NCBI GenBank assembly: GCA_964353255.1
Contig: CAYGVJ010000007.1
Span: 317-64,316 of the forward strand
Source: an uncultured Solibacteraceae bacterium
GTDB taxonomy: Bacteria; Acidobacteriota; Terriglobia; Bryobacterales; Bryobacteraceae
DNA: 64,000 bases
Direction of reading: 5' to 3'
Shown: in pieces, positions 25,706 through 35,769 of the stretch
Layout of the letters: every line of letters starts with the position of its first letter
How positions within the stretch are numbered: the stretch's first letter is position 1
Position numbers and translations under genes: made by a program
Notes under the pieces: generated by a model
Database searches by the model: none
What the model saw: only the letters and a program-made list of their open reading frames with translations
Told to the model about the DNA's origin: nothing

Positions 25706-26674
25706 ATGCGTCCTTTGACTCTGCTGGTGCTGGCCGACCCGGCGCAGCGGTGCCTGGCCATGCTGGAGCGTCTTCCCGAGGATGCCGGGATCGTCGTGGG
25801 CGACTGTGCGGAGGCCTTCCAGGCCGCGGCGCCCGAAGCGGAGGCGATTCTGTTCTGGTTCTCCCGGCGCGAGCTTCTGGAGGCCGTCTGGCCGACGACG
25901 CCGGGACTCCGCTGGGTGCATTGCAGTTCGGCGGGAGTCGAGCACATGCTGTTTCCCGAGTTAATCGAGAGCGACGTAGTGCTGACCAACTCTCGGGGCG
26001 CCTTCTCCCCCGCGCTGGCCGAGTTTGTGATCGCCGCGGTGCTGTTCTTCGCCAAGGATCTCCGCCGGATGGTGCGCAGCCAGGCGGCGGGCATCTGGGA
26101 CTGCTTTGATATCGAGGAAGCGGCCGGGCGGGCGCTAGGCATCGTGGGCTACGGAGACATCGGGCGCGCAGTGGCGGCGCGTGCCCGAGCCCTGGGGATG
26201 CGGGTGCTGGCGGTGCGGCGCAGGCCCGAGCCGGCGGGCGACGACCCGCTGGTCGAAGCGGCCTACCGGGTCGAGGCGCTTTCCAAAGTGCTGTCGGTTT
26301 CGGATTACATCGTCGTCTGCGCCCCGTTTACCCCGGCCACGCTGGGGCTGATCGGGGAAGCCGAGTTGCGGCTGATGAAGAGCAGCGCTGTGCTGATCAA
26401 TGTCGGACGCGGCCCGGTGGTTGACGAGCGCGCCCTGGTGCGCGCGCTGGAGGAGGGCTGGATCCGCGGCGCCGCCCTGGACGTCTTTGACCAGGAGCCG
26501 CTGCCGGCTGGTCACCCGTTTTACCGTTTCGAGAACGTCCTGCTGTCGGCGCACTGCGCCGATCGCACGCCCGACTGGCAGGACCGGGCCATGGAGTTGT
26601 TCATCGAGAATTTCCACCGCTTTCACCGCGGCGCGCCTCTGCGCAACGTGGTGGACAAGCAGTTGGGATACTGA
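25706..26674 (+). CDS. D-isomer-specific 2-hydroxyacid dehydrogenase family protein
   Basis: NAD-binding GIVGYGDIGRAVA, then LINVGRG..VDE.AL and AALDVF..EPLP motifs. ATG at 25706. Confidence 0.85.
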   Translation: MRPLTLLVLADPAQRCLAMLERLPEDAGIVVGDCAEAFQAAAPEAEAILFWFSRRELLEAVWPTTPGLRWVHCSSAGVEHMLFPELIESDVVLTNSRGAFSPALAEFVIAAVLFFAKDLRRMVRSQAAGIWDCFDIEEAAGRALGIVGYGDIGRAVAARARALGMRVLAVRRRPEPAGDDPLVEAAYRVEALSKVLSVSDYIVVCAPFTPATLGLIGEAELRLMKSSAVLINVGRGPVVDERALVRALEEGWIRGAALDVFDQEPLPAGHPFYRFENVLLSAHCADRTPDWQDRAMELFIENFHRFHRGAPLRNVVDKQLGY

Positions 26675-26690
26675 GAGGAGTCCAGTGACA

Positions 26691-29600
26691 ATGACCAGAT
26701 CATTCATAATCTCAGTTTTCGTGGCTACGGTGAGTGTTTGTTTCGCCCAGACTGACCAGCTCCTGCTGGCCCAAAGGCCCACCCTCAGCCAGACGCAGGT
26801 GGTCTTCAGCTATGCCGGAGACCTGTGGATCGTCAGCCGCGAGGGTGGCGAGGCCAGGCAGTTGACGACCGGGACGGGGGTGGAAACCGAACCCCGGTTT
26901 TCGCCCGACGGCACGCTGATCGCCTTTACCGGGGAATACGACGGCAACGTGGACGTGTACGTGGTTCCCGCCACCGGAGGCGTCCCGCGCCGCCTGACCT
27001 GGCATCCGGGGCCGGACACGGTCCAAGGCTGGACCACGGACGGCAAGCAGGTCTTGTTCCGCTCATCGCGTGCCAGCTACTCCCGCTTCGGCCGGCTGTT
27101 CACGATCCCGCTGGACGGCGGCTTCCCGGCCGAAGTCCCGCTGCCCATGGCCGAAGAGAGCTCCTATTCGCCGGATGGCAAGCGGCTGGCGTATGTGCCG
27201 CTAGGGCGCGCCTTCGAGGCCTGGAAGCGCTACCGCGGCGGCAGGACCACGCCCATATGGATCGCCGACCTGGCCGACTCTCGCGTCGAGAAAGTGCCCC
27301 GTGAAAACTCGAACGATTTCTGTCCCATGTGGATTGGAGACCAGATCTACTTCCTCTCGGACCGCAACGGGCCCGTGACATTGTTCGCCTACGACACGCG
27401 TGCCAAGAAGGTCCGCGAAGTCCTTCGGAACACCGGGCTGGATCTCAAGTCGGCCTCGGCCGGGCCGGGGGCTATTGTCTATGAGCAGTTCGGCTCACTG
27501 AACCTGCTGGATCTCAAGTCCGGCAAGCCAGGCAAGCTGGAGATCCGGCTCGCCGGGGACCTGCCGGCCACGCGGCCCACCCTGGAGCGGGTGGCCAACC
27601 GCATCAGCGCGGCGGGGATATCCCCGACGGGCGTGCGGGCGGTCTTCGAAGCCCGCGGCGAAATACTCACCGTGCCCGCCGAGAAGGGTGACATCCGCAA
27701 CCTCACCAACACACCGGGCGTGGCGGAGCGCGATCCGGCCTGGTCGCCGGACGGCAAGCGCCTCGCCTACTTCTCCGACGAATCCGGCGAATACGCGCTG
27801 CACCTGCGCGCGCAGGACGGCAAGGGCGACGCCGAGAAGATCGATCTGGGCAGCCCGCCCTCCTTCTACTACCATCCGCTGTGGGCGCCGGACAGCAAGA
27901 AGATCGCCTACGCCGACGCGCGGCTGACCATCTGGTACGTGGACCTGGAGAAGAAGACCCCGGTGCGGGTGGATACGGACACTTACGACAGCCCGGACCG
28001 GGCGCTCGGCCCAGTATGGTCGCCGGACAGCCGTTGGCTCGCCTACACCAAGATGCTCAAGAATCATTTGCGCGCGGTCTTTGTGTATTCGCTCGAGCAG
28101 GCCAAGGCCTTCCAGATCACCGACGGCATGAGCGACGCGCGCTACGCCGGCTTCGATGTCAACGGCAACCACCTCTACTTCACGGCCAGCACGGATGTCG
28201 GGCTGACGGCCGGCTGGCTGGACATGTCCTCCATGAACCGCCCGGTGACGCGGAGCGTCTACCTGGTGGTTCTGCGCAAGGACCTGCCCTCGCCGCTGGC
28301 GCCGGAGAGCGACGAAGAAAAAGCCGAGGAGCCCAAAAAGCCCGAGGAGGCCAAGAAAGCCGAAGAAGCCAAGAAGGCCGCCGAGAAGAAAGAGCCGGTC
28401 ACGGTGCGCATTGACGTGGACAACATCAGTCAAAGGATCGTGGCCCTGCCCATCCCGGCGCGCAACTACGTGGGCCTGGGAGCAGGCAAGACCGGCATTC
28501 TCTTCCTGGTCGAGGGCAGCCCGGTACCCGGCCCACAAATGGGCCCGCCCAGCGTGACTGTGCACAAGTTCGATCTGAAGACGCGCAAGACCGAAAGGTT
28601 CCTCGAAGGCATCACTGGGGGCGAGCTCTCCTTCAACGGCGAAAAGACGCTGGTCCGCCGGGGTGACCAGTGGCTGATCGTGGGCACCGCGCAGCCGCCC
28701 AAGCCCGGGGAGGGGGTTCTCAAGATGGAGACCATGGAGGTGCGGGTGGACCCGCGCGCCGAGTGGCGCCAGATGTACCGCGAGGTGTGGCGCATCGAGC
28801 GCGACTTCTTTTACGACCCCAACCACCACGGGCTGGACTTGAAGGCCGCGGAGAAGAAGTACGAGCCGTACCTGGAGCGGCTGGGCAGCCGTGCAGACTT
28901 GAACTACCTGTTTGCCGAGATGCTGGGCGAGCTTTCGGTAGGCCACCTGTACGTGGGCGGCGGCGCCATGCCGGAGGTCCGGCGGGTGCGTGGCGGCCTG
29001 CTGGGCGCCGATTACCGGATCGAGAACGGGCGCTACCGCTTTGCCCGAGTGTACAGCGGTGAGAACTGGAACCCCGAGCTGCGGGCGCCGCTGACGCAGC
29101 CGGGGGTCAACGTCGTCGCCGGCGAGTACCTGCTGGCGGTCAACGGTCGCGAGGTGCGCGCCTCAGACAGCCTGTACAGCTTCTTTGAGGGAACGGCGGG
29201 CAAGTCCGTTCTGCTGCGGGTGGGGCCCGATCCGGGCGGAACCGGGTCGCGCGAGGTGACGGTGGTGCCGGTCGAAAGCGAGTCCAGCCTTCGCGGCTTG
29301 GCCTGGATCGAGGACAACCGGCGGAAAGTGGATCAGTTGAGCGGAGGCCGCCTGGCCTATGTGTACCTGCCCAACACCTCCACGGCCGGCTACAGCAACT
29401 TCAATCGCTACTACTTCGCGCAGGTGGGCAAGCAAGGGGCGGTCATCGACGAGCGCTTCAACGGCGGCGGCTCGGTGGCCGACTACATCATCGACTACCT
29501 GAAGCGGCCCGTGCTGAGCTGGTGGGCCACACGGGCGGGCGAGGACTTCACTACCCCCGCGGGCGCCATCTTCGGCCCCAAGGTGATGATCATCAACGAA

Positions 29601-29969
29601 ATGGCCGGCTCGGGCGGCGATTTCATGCCCTGGGCGTTTCGCAAGGCGCGTGTCGGGCCGCTCATCGGCAAGCGTACCTGGGGCGGGCTGGTGGGCATTT
29701 TCGGCTTTCCGGCGCTGATGGACGGGGGCCGCGTGACCGCGCCCAATCTGGCCTTCTACAATACCGAAGGGCAGTGGGAGATCGAGAACGTCGGCGTGGC
29801 GCCCGACATGGAGGTTGAGTTCGACCCGCAGGCCTGGCGTGCCGGAGGCGACCCGCAACTGGAGAAGGCGGTCGCCGCGTGCCTGGACCTGCTCAAGAAG
29901 AATCCGCAGCCGGCGCACAAGAAGCCGGCGTACCCGAACTACCACCAGCCGAAGCCGGCGGGGCGGTGA
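26691..29969 (+). CDS. Tricorn-protease-like exported peptidase (TolB-type beta-propellers plus PDZ plus S41 domain)
   Basis: Signal peptide, repeated P.FSPDG..IAF / WSPDGK.LAY propeller motifs and a C-terminal S41-like core (GGGS.ADY, AGSGGD, RTWGG). About 1092 aa from ATG 26691. Confidence 0.8.
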   Translation: MTRSFIISVFVATVSVCFAQTDQLLLAQRPTLSQTQVVFSYAGDLWIVSREGGEARQLTTGTGVETEPRFSPDGTLIAFTGEYDGNVDVYVVPATGGVPRRLTWHPGPDTVQGWTTDGKQVLFRSSRASYSRFGRLFTIPLDGGFPAEVPLPMAEESSYSPDGKRLAYVPLGRAFEAWKRYRGGRTTPIWIADLADSRVEKVPRENSNDFCPMWIGDQIYFLSDRNGPVTLFAYDTRAKKVREVLRNTGLDLKSASAGPGAIVYEQFGSLNLLDLKSGKPGKLEIRLAGDLPATRPTLERVANRISAAGISPTGVRAVFEARGEILTVPAEKGDIRNLTNTPGVAERDPAWSPDGKRLAYFSDESGEYALHLRAQDGKGDAEKIDLGSPPSFYYHPLWAPDSKKIAYADARLTIWYVDLEKKTPVRVDTDTYDSPDRALGPVWSPDSRWLAYTKMLKNHLRAVFVYSLEQAKAFQITDGMSDARYAGFDVNGNHLYFTASTDVGLTAGWLDMSSMNRPVTRSVYLVVLRKDLPSPLAPESDEEKAEEPKKPEEAKKAEEAKKAAEKKEPVTVRIDVDNISQRIVALPIPARNYVGLGAGKTGILFLVEGSPVPGPQMGPPSVTVHKFDLKTRKTERFLEGITGGELSFNGEKTLVRRGDQWLIVGTAQPPKPGEGVLKMETMEVRVDPRAEWRQMYREVWRIERDFFYDPNHHGLDLKAAEKKYEPYLERLGSRADLNYLFAEMLGELSVGHLYVGGGAMPEVRRVRGGLLGADYRIENGRYRFARVYSGENWNPELRAPLTQPGVNVVAGEYLLAVNGREVRASDSLYSFFEGTAGKSVLLRVGPDPGGTGSREVTVVPVESESSLRGLAWIEDNRRKVDQLSGGRLAYVYLPNTSTAGYSNFNRYYFAQVGKQGAVIDERFNGGGSVADYIIDYLKRPVLSWWATRAGEDFTTPAGAIFGPKVMIINEMAGSGGDFMPWAFRKARVGPLIGKRTWGGLVGIFGFPALMDGGRVTAPNLAFYNTEGQWEIENVGVAPDMEVEFDPQAWRAGGDPQLEKAVAACLDLLKKNPQPAHKKPAYPNYHQPKPAGR

Positions 29970-29979
29970 AGCGCGCGCC

Positions 29980-31389
29980 TCAGCGCGCGGTGAGCTTCAG
30001 GTACAGCGCGGCCGGGCCGGGGAATGGCGTGGTGAAGGTGCGGACCGCGCCGCCGGTGACCGGCTGGGCCGCAATGCCGGTTCCGGCGTTCACGTTGAAC
30101 CATTCCACCGAGAAGGTCCCGGCGGCGTCGGTCAGGTTCACGGTGAATTCGCCCTTGTTCCCCGGCTGAAAGACAAGGTACTCTTTGCCGCGGTTGGCCA
30201 GACAGTAGCCGGTGGCCGAGAGGTTGTTGACGGGCGCCATCGAGGCCAGGTCCACCCGCTCGGCGAAGCGGCGTGTTTGCGCCATGCCCTGCCGGGCGGA
30301 ATCCTGCCAGGTGGGCGAGGGGAGAAGCTCCTCCATGAAGGCGACATTCAGGCCGCGGCAGAAGCTCTTCCAGACCCAGATGTTGTCGCCCCCGGTGTGG
30401 CCCCAGAGATGGTCCGTGTCATTGAGGACCACTTTGCTGATGTGGTTCGAGGAAGGGTTCTCCCGGTAGTTCTCTTCCGGGCTGCCGGGGTTGGGTGAGA
30501 TCCAATCGGCCGGGCTGTTGTACAGCGCCGCGTTCGTGCCTCCCCTGTACTGGAAGGTCATCCCCACGGGGTGTTGCTTGGGTTTGCCTGACTCGTACTT
30601 CTTGACGTAGTTGATGACGTAGTACTGCCAGTCGGTCGAATAGGCGCCGGCCTCATTGCACACTTCGTAGAGCACGTTATCGAGATCGTTGACCGTGTCG
30701 ATCACTTTGCGGAGGTAGGCCTCTTGAAGACCCAACACGCGCTGGCCCATGGGGCTGTCCGCCAGGCTGTTGTACTCCAGGCCGCTACCGTCGCCGCCGA
30801 GATCCGCATCGACGCCGTTGACGTTGTTCTGGGCGTTGAAAGGATGGTAGACCCAGGCGTCGGTGAACTGGAGTTCCCAGCCCTCAAACAGCATGATGGA
30901 GACATAGATGCCGCGCTTACCGGCGGCGCGGACGCGCGTTCTGAGGCGGTCGAAGTACTGGGTGTTGAAGCGGGTCAGGTCGAACTTGGGCTTCTCGTCT
31001 TTGGCCAAACCGGGGCCGGTACGCTCCCAGGGGTGAGGCTGGCTGTGCTTGATGACGCCTTCGGGCTGGCGGTCGGTCCACTGGGGGGCTTCCCATCTCC
31101 ACAGGCGGATGAAGTTGTGGTTCCAGCTCTGAAGCGAGTTCAGGTAGGCGGTGTAGTCGAAGACCGGGGGCGGGTCCTGGCTGGCGGGCAGCCGGTGCCC
31201 GGTGTCCTGGAGGTTGTGCCAGATGTGCGAGCCGGCCAGGTAAATGGCCTTCCCGGAGCCGTCGGTGAAGTAGCGGGGATTGGACTTGAGCGAGCGCAGG
31301 GGGCCGGCAGCGGGACCTCGCTGAGCGACTGCGGGCAAGGCGAGCAGGGCCAGCAGCAGGGCGGCAGGCGCCAGGCGATTGGTTGTCAT
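29980..31389 (-). CDS. Exported glycoside hydrolase (TIM-barrel, GH5/DUF4038-like) with a C-terminal beta-sandwich
   Basis: Signal peptide from ATG 31389. NHNFIRLW, YEVCNE (acid/base-type NE) and a C-terminal beta-rich domain. Confidence 0.6.
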   Translation of the reverse strand: MTTNRLAPAALLLALLALPAVAQRGPAAGPLRSLKSNPRYFTDGSGKAIYLAGSHIWHNLQDTGHRLPASQDPPPVFDYTAYLNSLQSWNHNFIRLWRWEAPQWTDRQPEGVIKHSQPHPWERTGPGLAKDEKPKFDLTRFNTQYFDRLRTRVRAAGKRGIYVSIMLFEGWELQFTDAWVYHPFNAQNNVNGVDADLGGDGSGLEYNSLADSPMGQRVLGLQEAYLRKVIDTVNDLDNVLYEVCNEAGAYSTDWQYYVINYVKKYESGKPKQHPVGMTFQYRGGTNAALYNSPADWISPNPGSPEENYRENPSSNHISKVVLNDTDHLWGHTGGDNIWVWKSFCRGLNVAFMEELLPSPTWQDSARQGMAQTRRFAERVDLASMAPVNNLSATGYCLANRGKEYLVFQPGNKGEFTVNLTDAAGTFSVEWFNVNAGTGIAAQPVTGGAVRTFTTPFPGPAALYLKLTAR

Positions 31390-31497
31390 GTTAGGAGGAG
31401 TATCACAGTTGAGTGGCGCGCTCAACGCTCCACCATGGCCGGCTTGCTCGTCCAGGTCGCGTTCGGCTTCGGGTCGGAGAAAGACCCTCCGCTTCAC
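31390..31497 (-). pseudogene. ParE/RelE-type toxin relic (first ~20 codons only), in frame with the downstream hydrolase ORF
   Basis: VKRRVFLRPEAERDLDEQA resembles a ParE N-terminus. The GTG overlaps the TAG of the ParD-like relic (TAGTG). Confidence 0.4.
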
Positions 31498-31670
31498 TAG
31501 ATGGTCCCTTTCCGCCGGCCGCCCAGAAGGTGACGCCGCCTGCGCTCCCAGAAGTGCCGGTCGGCTTCAATCGGCGGGCCGGAAGCCAGACCCTCGAGCA
31601 GCGCCTTCTCGAGCCGCTCTTCCGCCTTGCTTTTCTGATCCGGGCGCTTGAGCGCCCTCGCGCGTTTCAA
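31497..31670 (-). pseudogene. ParD-type antitoxin relic (C-terminal half only, RHH part missing)
   Basis: AEERLEKALLEGLASGPPIEADRHFWERRRRHL matches the ParD C-terminal pattern (L..L.EG..SG.P...D......R..L). It begins 2 nt after the plsC stop, so the N-terminal DNA-binding half is absent. Confidence 0.4.
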
Positions 31671-31671
31671 C

Positions 31672-32403
31672 CTATGTTCCTCCGTATGCCTCTTCGGCCA
31701 GCTCCGCGACCTGCTGCTGAAGTTGCCGGGTCAGCGCTTCGTGGTCGTGAACCTTGAGGCCGGCAGTCGGGATCGGGTCGCCCACGCGCAGGGTGACCGG
31801 CCCGCCGCGCACCACCAGCGAGTCCATGGGCAGGATCTGGCGGGTGCCGATCAGCGCCACCGGGACCACCGGCACGCCCGCCTTGATGGCAACGTAGGCC
31901 GCGCCTTCCTTGAATTCCCGCATGGCGCCCGGTGAGCGCCCGCCCTCGGGGAATATCAGCGGCGAGATGCCTCGCTCGCGGATCACGCGCGCGGCCTGCG
32001 CCAGGGTCTTCAGGGAAGCCCGCGTGTCGCCGCGGTCCACCGGGATGTGGCCGGCCCTTTTCATGGCATAGCCGATGATGGGGAACCAGAACAGGCTCTT
32101 CTTGGACAGGAAGCGCAACTGAACGGGAAGGCAGGTGAACAGGACGGGAATATCCATGTAGCTCAGGTGATTGGAGGCGAAGACGTAGCTCGCGCCGGGC
32201 GAGATCTTCTCCAGGCCCTCGACGCGCACTTTCGCTCCGGCGATTGCCAGCAGCATCCGCGCCCACCGGCGCGTCACGGCGTGCTGGGCGCGTCCCGTCG
32301 AGTCAAACAGCGAGGTCACGAGCGACAGCGTGCTCATGACGGCCGTGGCCAACACGAGCAGCGGGTCGGTGATCAGCAGGGCGCGGAGGCGAGCCAGCAA
32401 CAT
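31672..32403 (-). CDS. plsC: 1-acyl-sn-glycerol-3-phosphate acyltransferase
   Basis: NHLSYMDIP (HX4D) and FPEGGRS acyltransferase motifs. Confidence 0.85.
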   Translation of the reverse strand: MLLARLRALLITDPLLVLATAVMSTLSLVTSLFDSTGRAQHAVTRRWARMLLAIAGAKVRVEGLEKISPGASYVFASNHLSYMDIPVLFTCLPVQLRFLSKKSLFWFPIIGYAMKRAGHIPVDRGDTRASLKTLAQAARVIRERGISPLIFPEGGRSPGAMREFKEGAAYVAIKAGVPVVPVALIGTRQILPMDSLVVRGGPVTLRVGDPIPTAGLKVHDHEALTRQLQQQVAELAEEAYGGT

Positions 32404-32416
32404 GGGACCGACCTGC

Positions 32417-33709
32417 CTATTTTACGAGGAGCGCGCGCGCTTCGCCTACCAGGAACAGCGAGCCGGTGATGAAGACGGCGTCTTCGGGGGCGGCCTCGCG
32501 GGCCACCTCCAGCGCCTGCGGCAGGCGTGGGGCGGTGCGCACGCGCGGGTGATCGACCAGCTCGCGCAGCAGCTCCGGCCGCACGGCCCGGGCCTGGTCC
32601 GGCGCGGTGAGGATAACCTGATAAGCCAGGGGGAACAGAACGGCGGACATCTCGACCACCGCCTTGTCACGCATAGCGCCGTAGATCAGCCAGACGCGAC
32701 GGCGCGCGTAGAACCGTTCGAGGTAAGCGGCTAGGGCGCGGGCTCCGGCGGGATTATGCGCGCCGTCAAGAACGATTTCAGGCGTCGTCGAGATCCGTTC
32801 CAGCCGTCCCGGCCAGCGGGCTTGGTGGATGCCGTCGTGGATGGCGTTGTCGGGCACACCCAGGCAGTCCAGGGCGGTGATGGCGACCCGCGCGTTAGTC
32901 ACCTGGTGCTCGCCGGCCAAGGGGCACTCGATAGGAATCCGCCGGGGGCCGCCGGCCACAAACCGGCTGCCCTCCGGGTACAGAGTCACCTCTTCCGCCG
33001 GCCAGCGCGAGGTCCAGACCGGCTCGATGCCCGCGGCGGCCGCGCAGGCGGCGAGTGTGCTGGCGACTTCCGGGCGTTGCTCGGCGAACACCGCTGGAAC
33101 GCCCGGCTTCAGAATGCCCGCCTTCTCCGTGGTGATGGCTTCCAGGGCCTTGCCCAGGTAGCTCTCGTGATCGAAGTCGATGGGCGTGATCACGGCCAGT
33201 TGCGGGGTGACGACGTTGGTGGCGTCGAGCCGCCCTCCCAAGCCCACTTCGAGCACCGCCGCCTTTACGGCCAGTTCCCGGAACAGGACGAAGGCCATGG
33301 CGGTCACGGTCTCGAAGTAGGTGGGATGGTGCTCCAGCCGGCCATCCCGCAGCAGCCCCTCTGCCGCCTGATGCACGCGATCGAAGGCCGAGACGAAGAG
33401 CTCCGTGGCCACCGGCCGGCCCCCGACGCGGATGCGCTCCGTGGGTTCGACCAAGTGCGGCGAGGTGTAGAGGCCCGTGCGCAGGCCGGCGGCCCGCAAC
33501 CCGGACTCGATCATGGCGCAGGTGGAGCCTTTGCCGTTGGTTCCGGCGACGTGAATGAAGCGCCCCGTCTGGTGCGGGTTCTCGAGGGCCTCCAGCAGCG
33601 CCGTCATGCGCTCCAGGCCCAGCCGGGAGGACCGGGCCTCGTTGGCCAGGCTGTACAGGAAGCGGACCGAGTCCGGATAGGTCACTGGCGACTTCCCCTG
33701 GTAAACCAT
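32417..33709 (-). CDS. folC: Bifunctional folylpolyglutamate synthase / dihydrofolate synthase
   Basis: Mur-ligase P-loop HVAGTNGKGST and overall FolC layout (430 aa). Confidence 0.9.
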   Translation of the reverse strand: MVYQGKSPVTYPDSVRFLYSLANEARSSRLGLERMTALLEALENPHQTGRFIHVAGTNGKGSTCAMIESGLRAAGLRTGLYTSPHLVEPTERIRVGGRPVATELFVSAFDRVHQAAEGLLRDGRLEHHPTYFETVTAMAFVLFRELAVKAAVLEVGLGGRLDATNVVTPQLAVITPIDFDHESYLGKALEAITTEKAGILKPGVPAVFAEQRPEVASTLAACAAAAGIEPVWTSRWPAEEVTLYPEGSRFVAGGPRRIPIECPLAGEHQVTNARVAITALDCLGVPDNAIHDGIHQARWPGRLERISTTPEIVLDGAHNPAGARALAAYLERFYARRRVWLIYGAMRDKAVVEMSAVLFPLAYQVILTAPDQARAVRPELLRELVDHPRVRTAPRLPQALEVAREAAPEDAVFITGSLFLVGEARALLVK

Positions 33710-35031
33710 ATTCTAGCGGCGGCAACCAGCAGGGCGCAGCCGCCGATCAGTTTGGCTTCGAACAGCCAGGGGGATTCGGCCTCGCCGGGTGGAACCAGGG
33801 AGAATACGATCGCGGCTGTGGTGACCAGTGCTCCGGCCGCTGCGCTCCAGCGTTGGCCGTGTTTCCAGGCGCTCAGAAACAGGTAAAGGAAAGGTATGAA
33901 GTAAGTGACTACGGTCATGTCTACCAGAAGTTGGTAGCCGGAGCGCAGGTTCTCGCCCAACTGCACGATGAGCAGAAACAAGGTGCACGCGGCGCCCTGG
34001 GTGAGGATCGCCACGTGGGGCGTGCGCCAGCGGGGATGGAGCCTGGCGAACGAGGCGGGCAGATAGCGGTCCAGGCCGATGACGAAGGGCAGGCGCGCCG
34101 CCCCGGCCAGCCATGCCCCTAGCTGGCCGGTGACGCCCGCCGTGATCAGCAACGCCAGGAGCGGGGCCACCCAGGGCAGCGCCAGGCGTTCGCCCGCCGC
34201 CGCACCGGCCTGCGCCAGGCCGCTCATGATGTTTACGCGCTCCGTCGGCAGCAGGACGAGCAGGGCGAGTGTCCCGAGAATGTAGAACGCGGCGATGGCC
34301 GTACCGCTGATCCAGGCGGCGCGCGGCACCGTGCGCGGGGGATCCCGGATCTCGCCGCCCATGATCGCCCCCAGCTCGAGTCCTCCGAACGCAAAAGCGA
34401 TCTGCGACCAGAAGTTGAGCTTCCCCCAGCTCCACTCGGGGAGCAGATCGAGCCGCGTTGCCGATCCGCTGCGCGTCCAGACGACCGCGCCCAGGATGAC
34501 CAGCCCGGCCCCGGCCGCGTAAGTGGCCAGGCCGCCCAGGTTCTCCGTCCACTTGCCGATGCGCACTCCCAGCAGGTTGGTCAGCAGTGCTATCCACAGC
34601 ACCAGCAGCGACGCGGTGACCACGAAGAGCCGGTTGTCGGCCAGGCGCACGTATTGTCCGCCCAGCGTGTAGACCGCAATGGCGATGCCCGCCAGCAGCA
34701 GGTTGGGGATGTAGAACAGGTTGCTCAGCCAGTAGCACCAGCCGCACAGAAAACCGTGCCAGTCGCCGAAGCTGCGCTTGGTCCAGATGTAGATGCCGCC
34801 TTCGTCGGGGAAGCGCGCCGCCAGCCGCGACACGGCCAGCGCGGAAGGCACGAAGAACAGCGCCGCCGCCAGCACCCACAGGGTGAGAGAACCCGGCCCC
34901 GCGTGCGCGGCCGCCGCCAGCCAGCGGATGCCCACCACGGCGGCGATGTTGAACAGAACCAAGTCACGCAGGCCTAGCTCGCGCTGTAGAGCGGGCTGAT
35001 CGGCGGGCCTGCCAGATGGGCGCGTTGGCAC
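33682..35031 (-). CDS. APC-family amino acid permease
   Basis: 449 aa, 12 hydrophobic segments, N-terminal L.R.LGL.DLV.FNIAAVVG pattern. Confidence 0.8.
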   Translation of the reverse strand: MPTRPSGRPADQPALQRELGLRDLVLFNIAAVVGIRWLAAAAHAGPGSLTLWVLAAALFFVPSALAVSRLAARFPDEGGIYIWTKRSFGDWHGFLCGWCYWLSNLFYIPNLLLAGIAIAVYTLGGQYVRLADNRLFVVTASLLVLWIALLTNLLGVRIGKWTENLGGLATYAAGAGLVILGAVVWTRSGSATRLDLLPEWSWGKLNFWSQIAFAFGGLELGAIMGGEIRDPPRTVPRAAWISGTAIAAFYILGTLALLVLLPTERVNIMSGLAQAGAAAGERLALPWVAPLLALLITAGVTGQLGAWLAGAARLPFVIGLDRYLPASFARLHPRWRTPHVAILTQGAACTLFLLIVQLGENLRSGYQLLVDMTVVTYFIPFLYLFLSAWKHGQRWSAAAGALVTTAAIVFSLVPPGEAESPWLFEAKLIGGCALLVAAARIWFTRGSRQ

Positions 35032-35117
35032 TTCACTCCCTGGTGGTCAGGGGTGATTATATACTGAGGCCGCGAGTGCCCGTGACGGATACAGCCTGAA
35101 GCTGTATACTGATCTGT

Positions 35118-35351
35118 ATGAGACAGTTGAATGTCAATGTGACGCCGGAGTTCGAGCAGGACCTGCGGCAGTTCATGCGACAAAGGAGTCTGGCGCGCAA
35201 GACCGATGCCATCCGCCTGGCCTTGCATGAGGCCGCAGCCGGCGAGGGTGCCGGCCGGGAGCACGACTACCGGTCCTGGCTGGGGCTCGGTCTGCGGGCT
35301 CCATTGCGCCGCAAGCTCCGGTTTCACAGCGAGGACGAGCTGTGGTCGTAG
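35118..35351 (+). CDS. vapB: VapB-type antitoxin
   Basis: 77-aa ORF overlapping the PIN gene by 10 nt. The N-terminal V.P.FE.DL..FM...S....DAIRLAL pattern is RHH/VapB-like. Confidence 0.6.
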   Translation: MRQLNVNVTPEFEQDLRQFMRQRSLARKTDAIRLALHEAAAGEGAGREHDYRSWLGLGLRAPLRRKLRFHSEDELWS

Positions 35352-35722
35352 ACACCTCCGTTTTGCTGGCGGTCTTCTTCAACGAGAAGCACGGCCCCTG
35401 GGCGGCGGACCAGCTCCGGGAGAACAGCCACCGCCTGCGCATGAGCACCGTGAACTACGCGGAAGCGCTGATCCTGATTCAGGACCGGCAGCCGCACCTG
35501 TTCGGCGAAATCCGGCAGGCCATTGAAGCATCCACGATCCGGCTGGTCCCCCCGACCGCGGAGCAGGCGGAGATCGCCGCCGCGGCCCGGCTCCGCTATC
35601 CGCTGAACCTGGGGGATTGCTTCGCTTACGCGCTGGCCAAGCACGAGCAATGCCCGCTGCTGACTCTGGACCGCGACTTCCGGAGGACTGACCTGACGGT
35701 GGTCCTTCCAGGGGCGGCGTGA
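35342..35722 (+). CDS. vapC: VapC PIN-domain ribonuclease toxin
   Basis: MVVDTSVLLAVF (first acidic residue), NYAEALI, LNLGDCFAYALA and LLTLDRDF are the PIN acidic quartet contexts. Confidence 0.85.
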   Translation: MVVDTSVLLAVFFNEKHGPWAADQLRENSHRLRMSTVNYAEALILIQDRQPHLFGEIRQAIEASTIRLVPPTAEQAEIAAAARLRYPLNLGDCFAYALAKHEQCPLLTLDRDFRRTDLTVVLPGAA

Positions 35723-35769
35723 CAGTGTTTATGCCGCCGCCTGCCGTATGATGAGACTAGGGAGGCCGG

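Noticed and set aside
28310-28400. Lys/Glu/Ala-rich ~30-aa insertion (EEKAEEPKKPEEAKKAEEAKKAAEKKE) in the tricorn-like protease
   Set aside because: It is probably just a charged inter-domain linker. Nothing in the sequence suggests more.
27495-28946. 483-aa minus-strand ORF
   Set aside because: It is antisense to the tricorn-like protease gene and has a biased composition.
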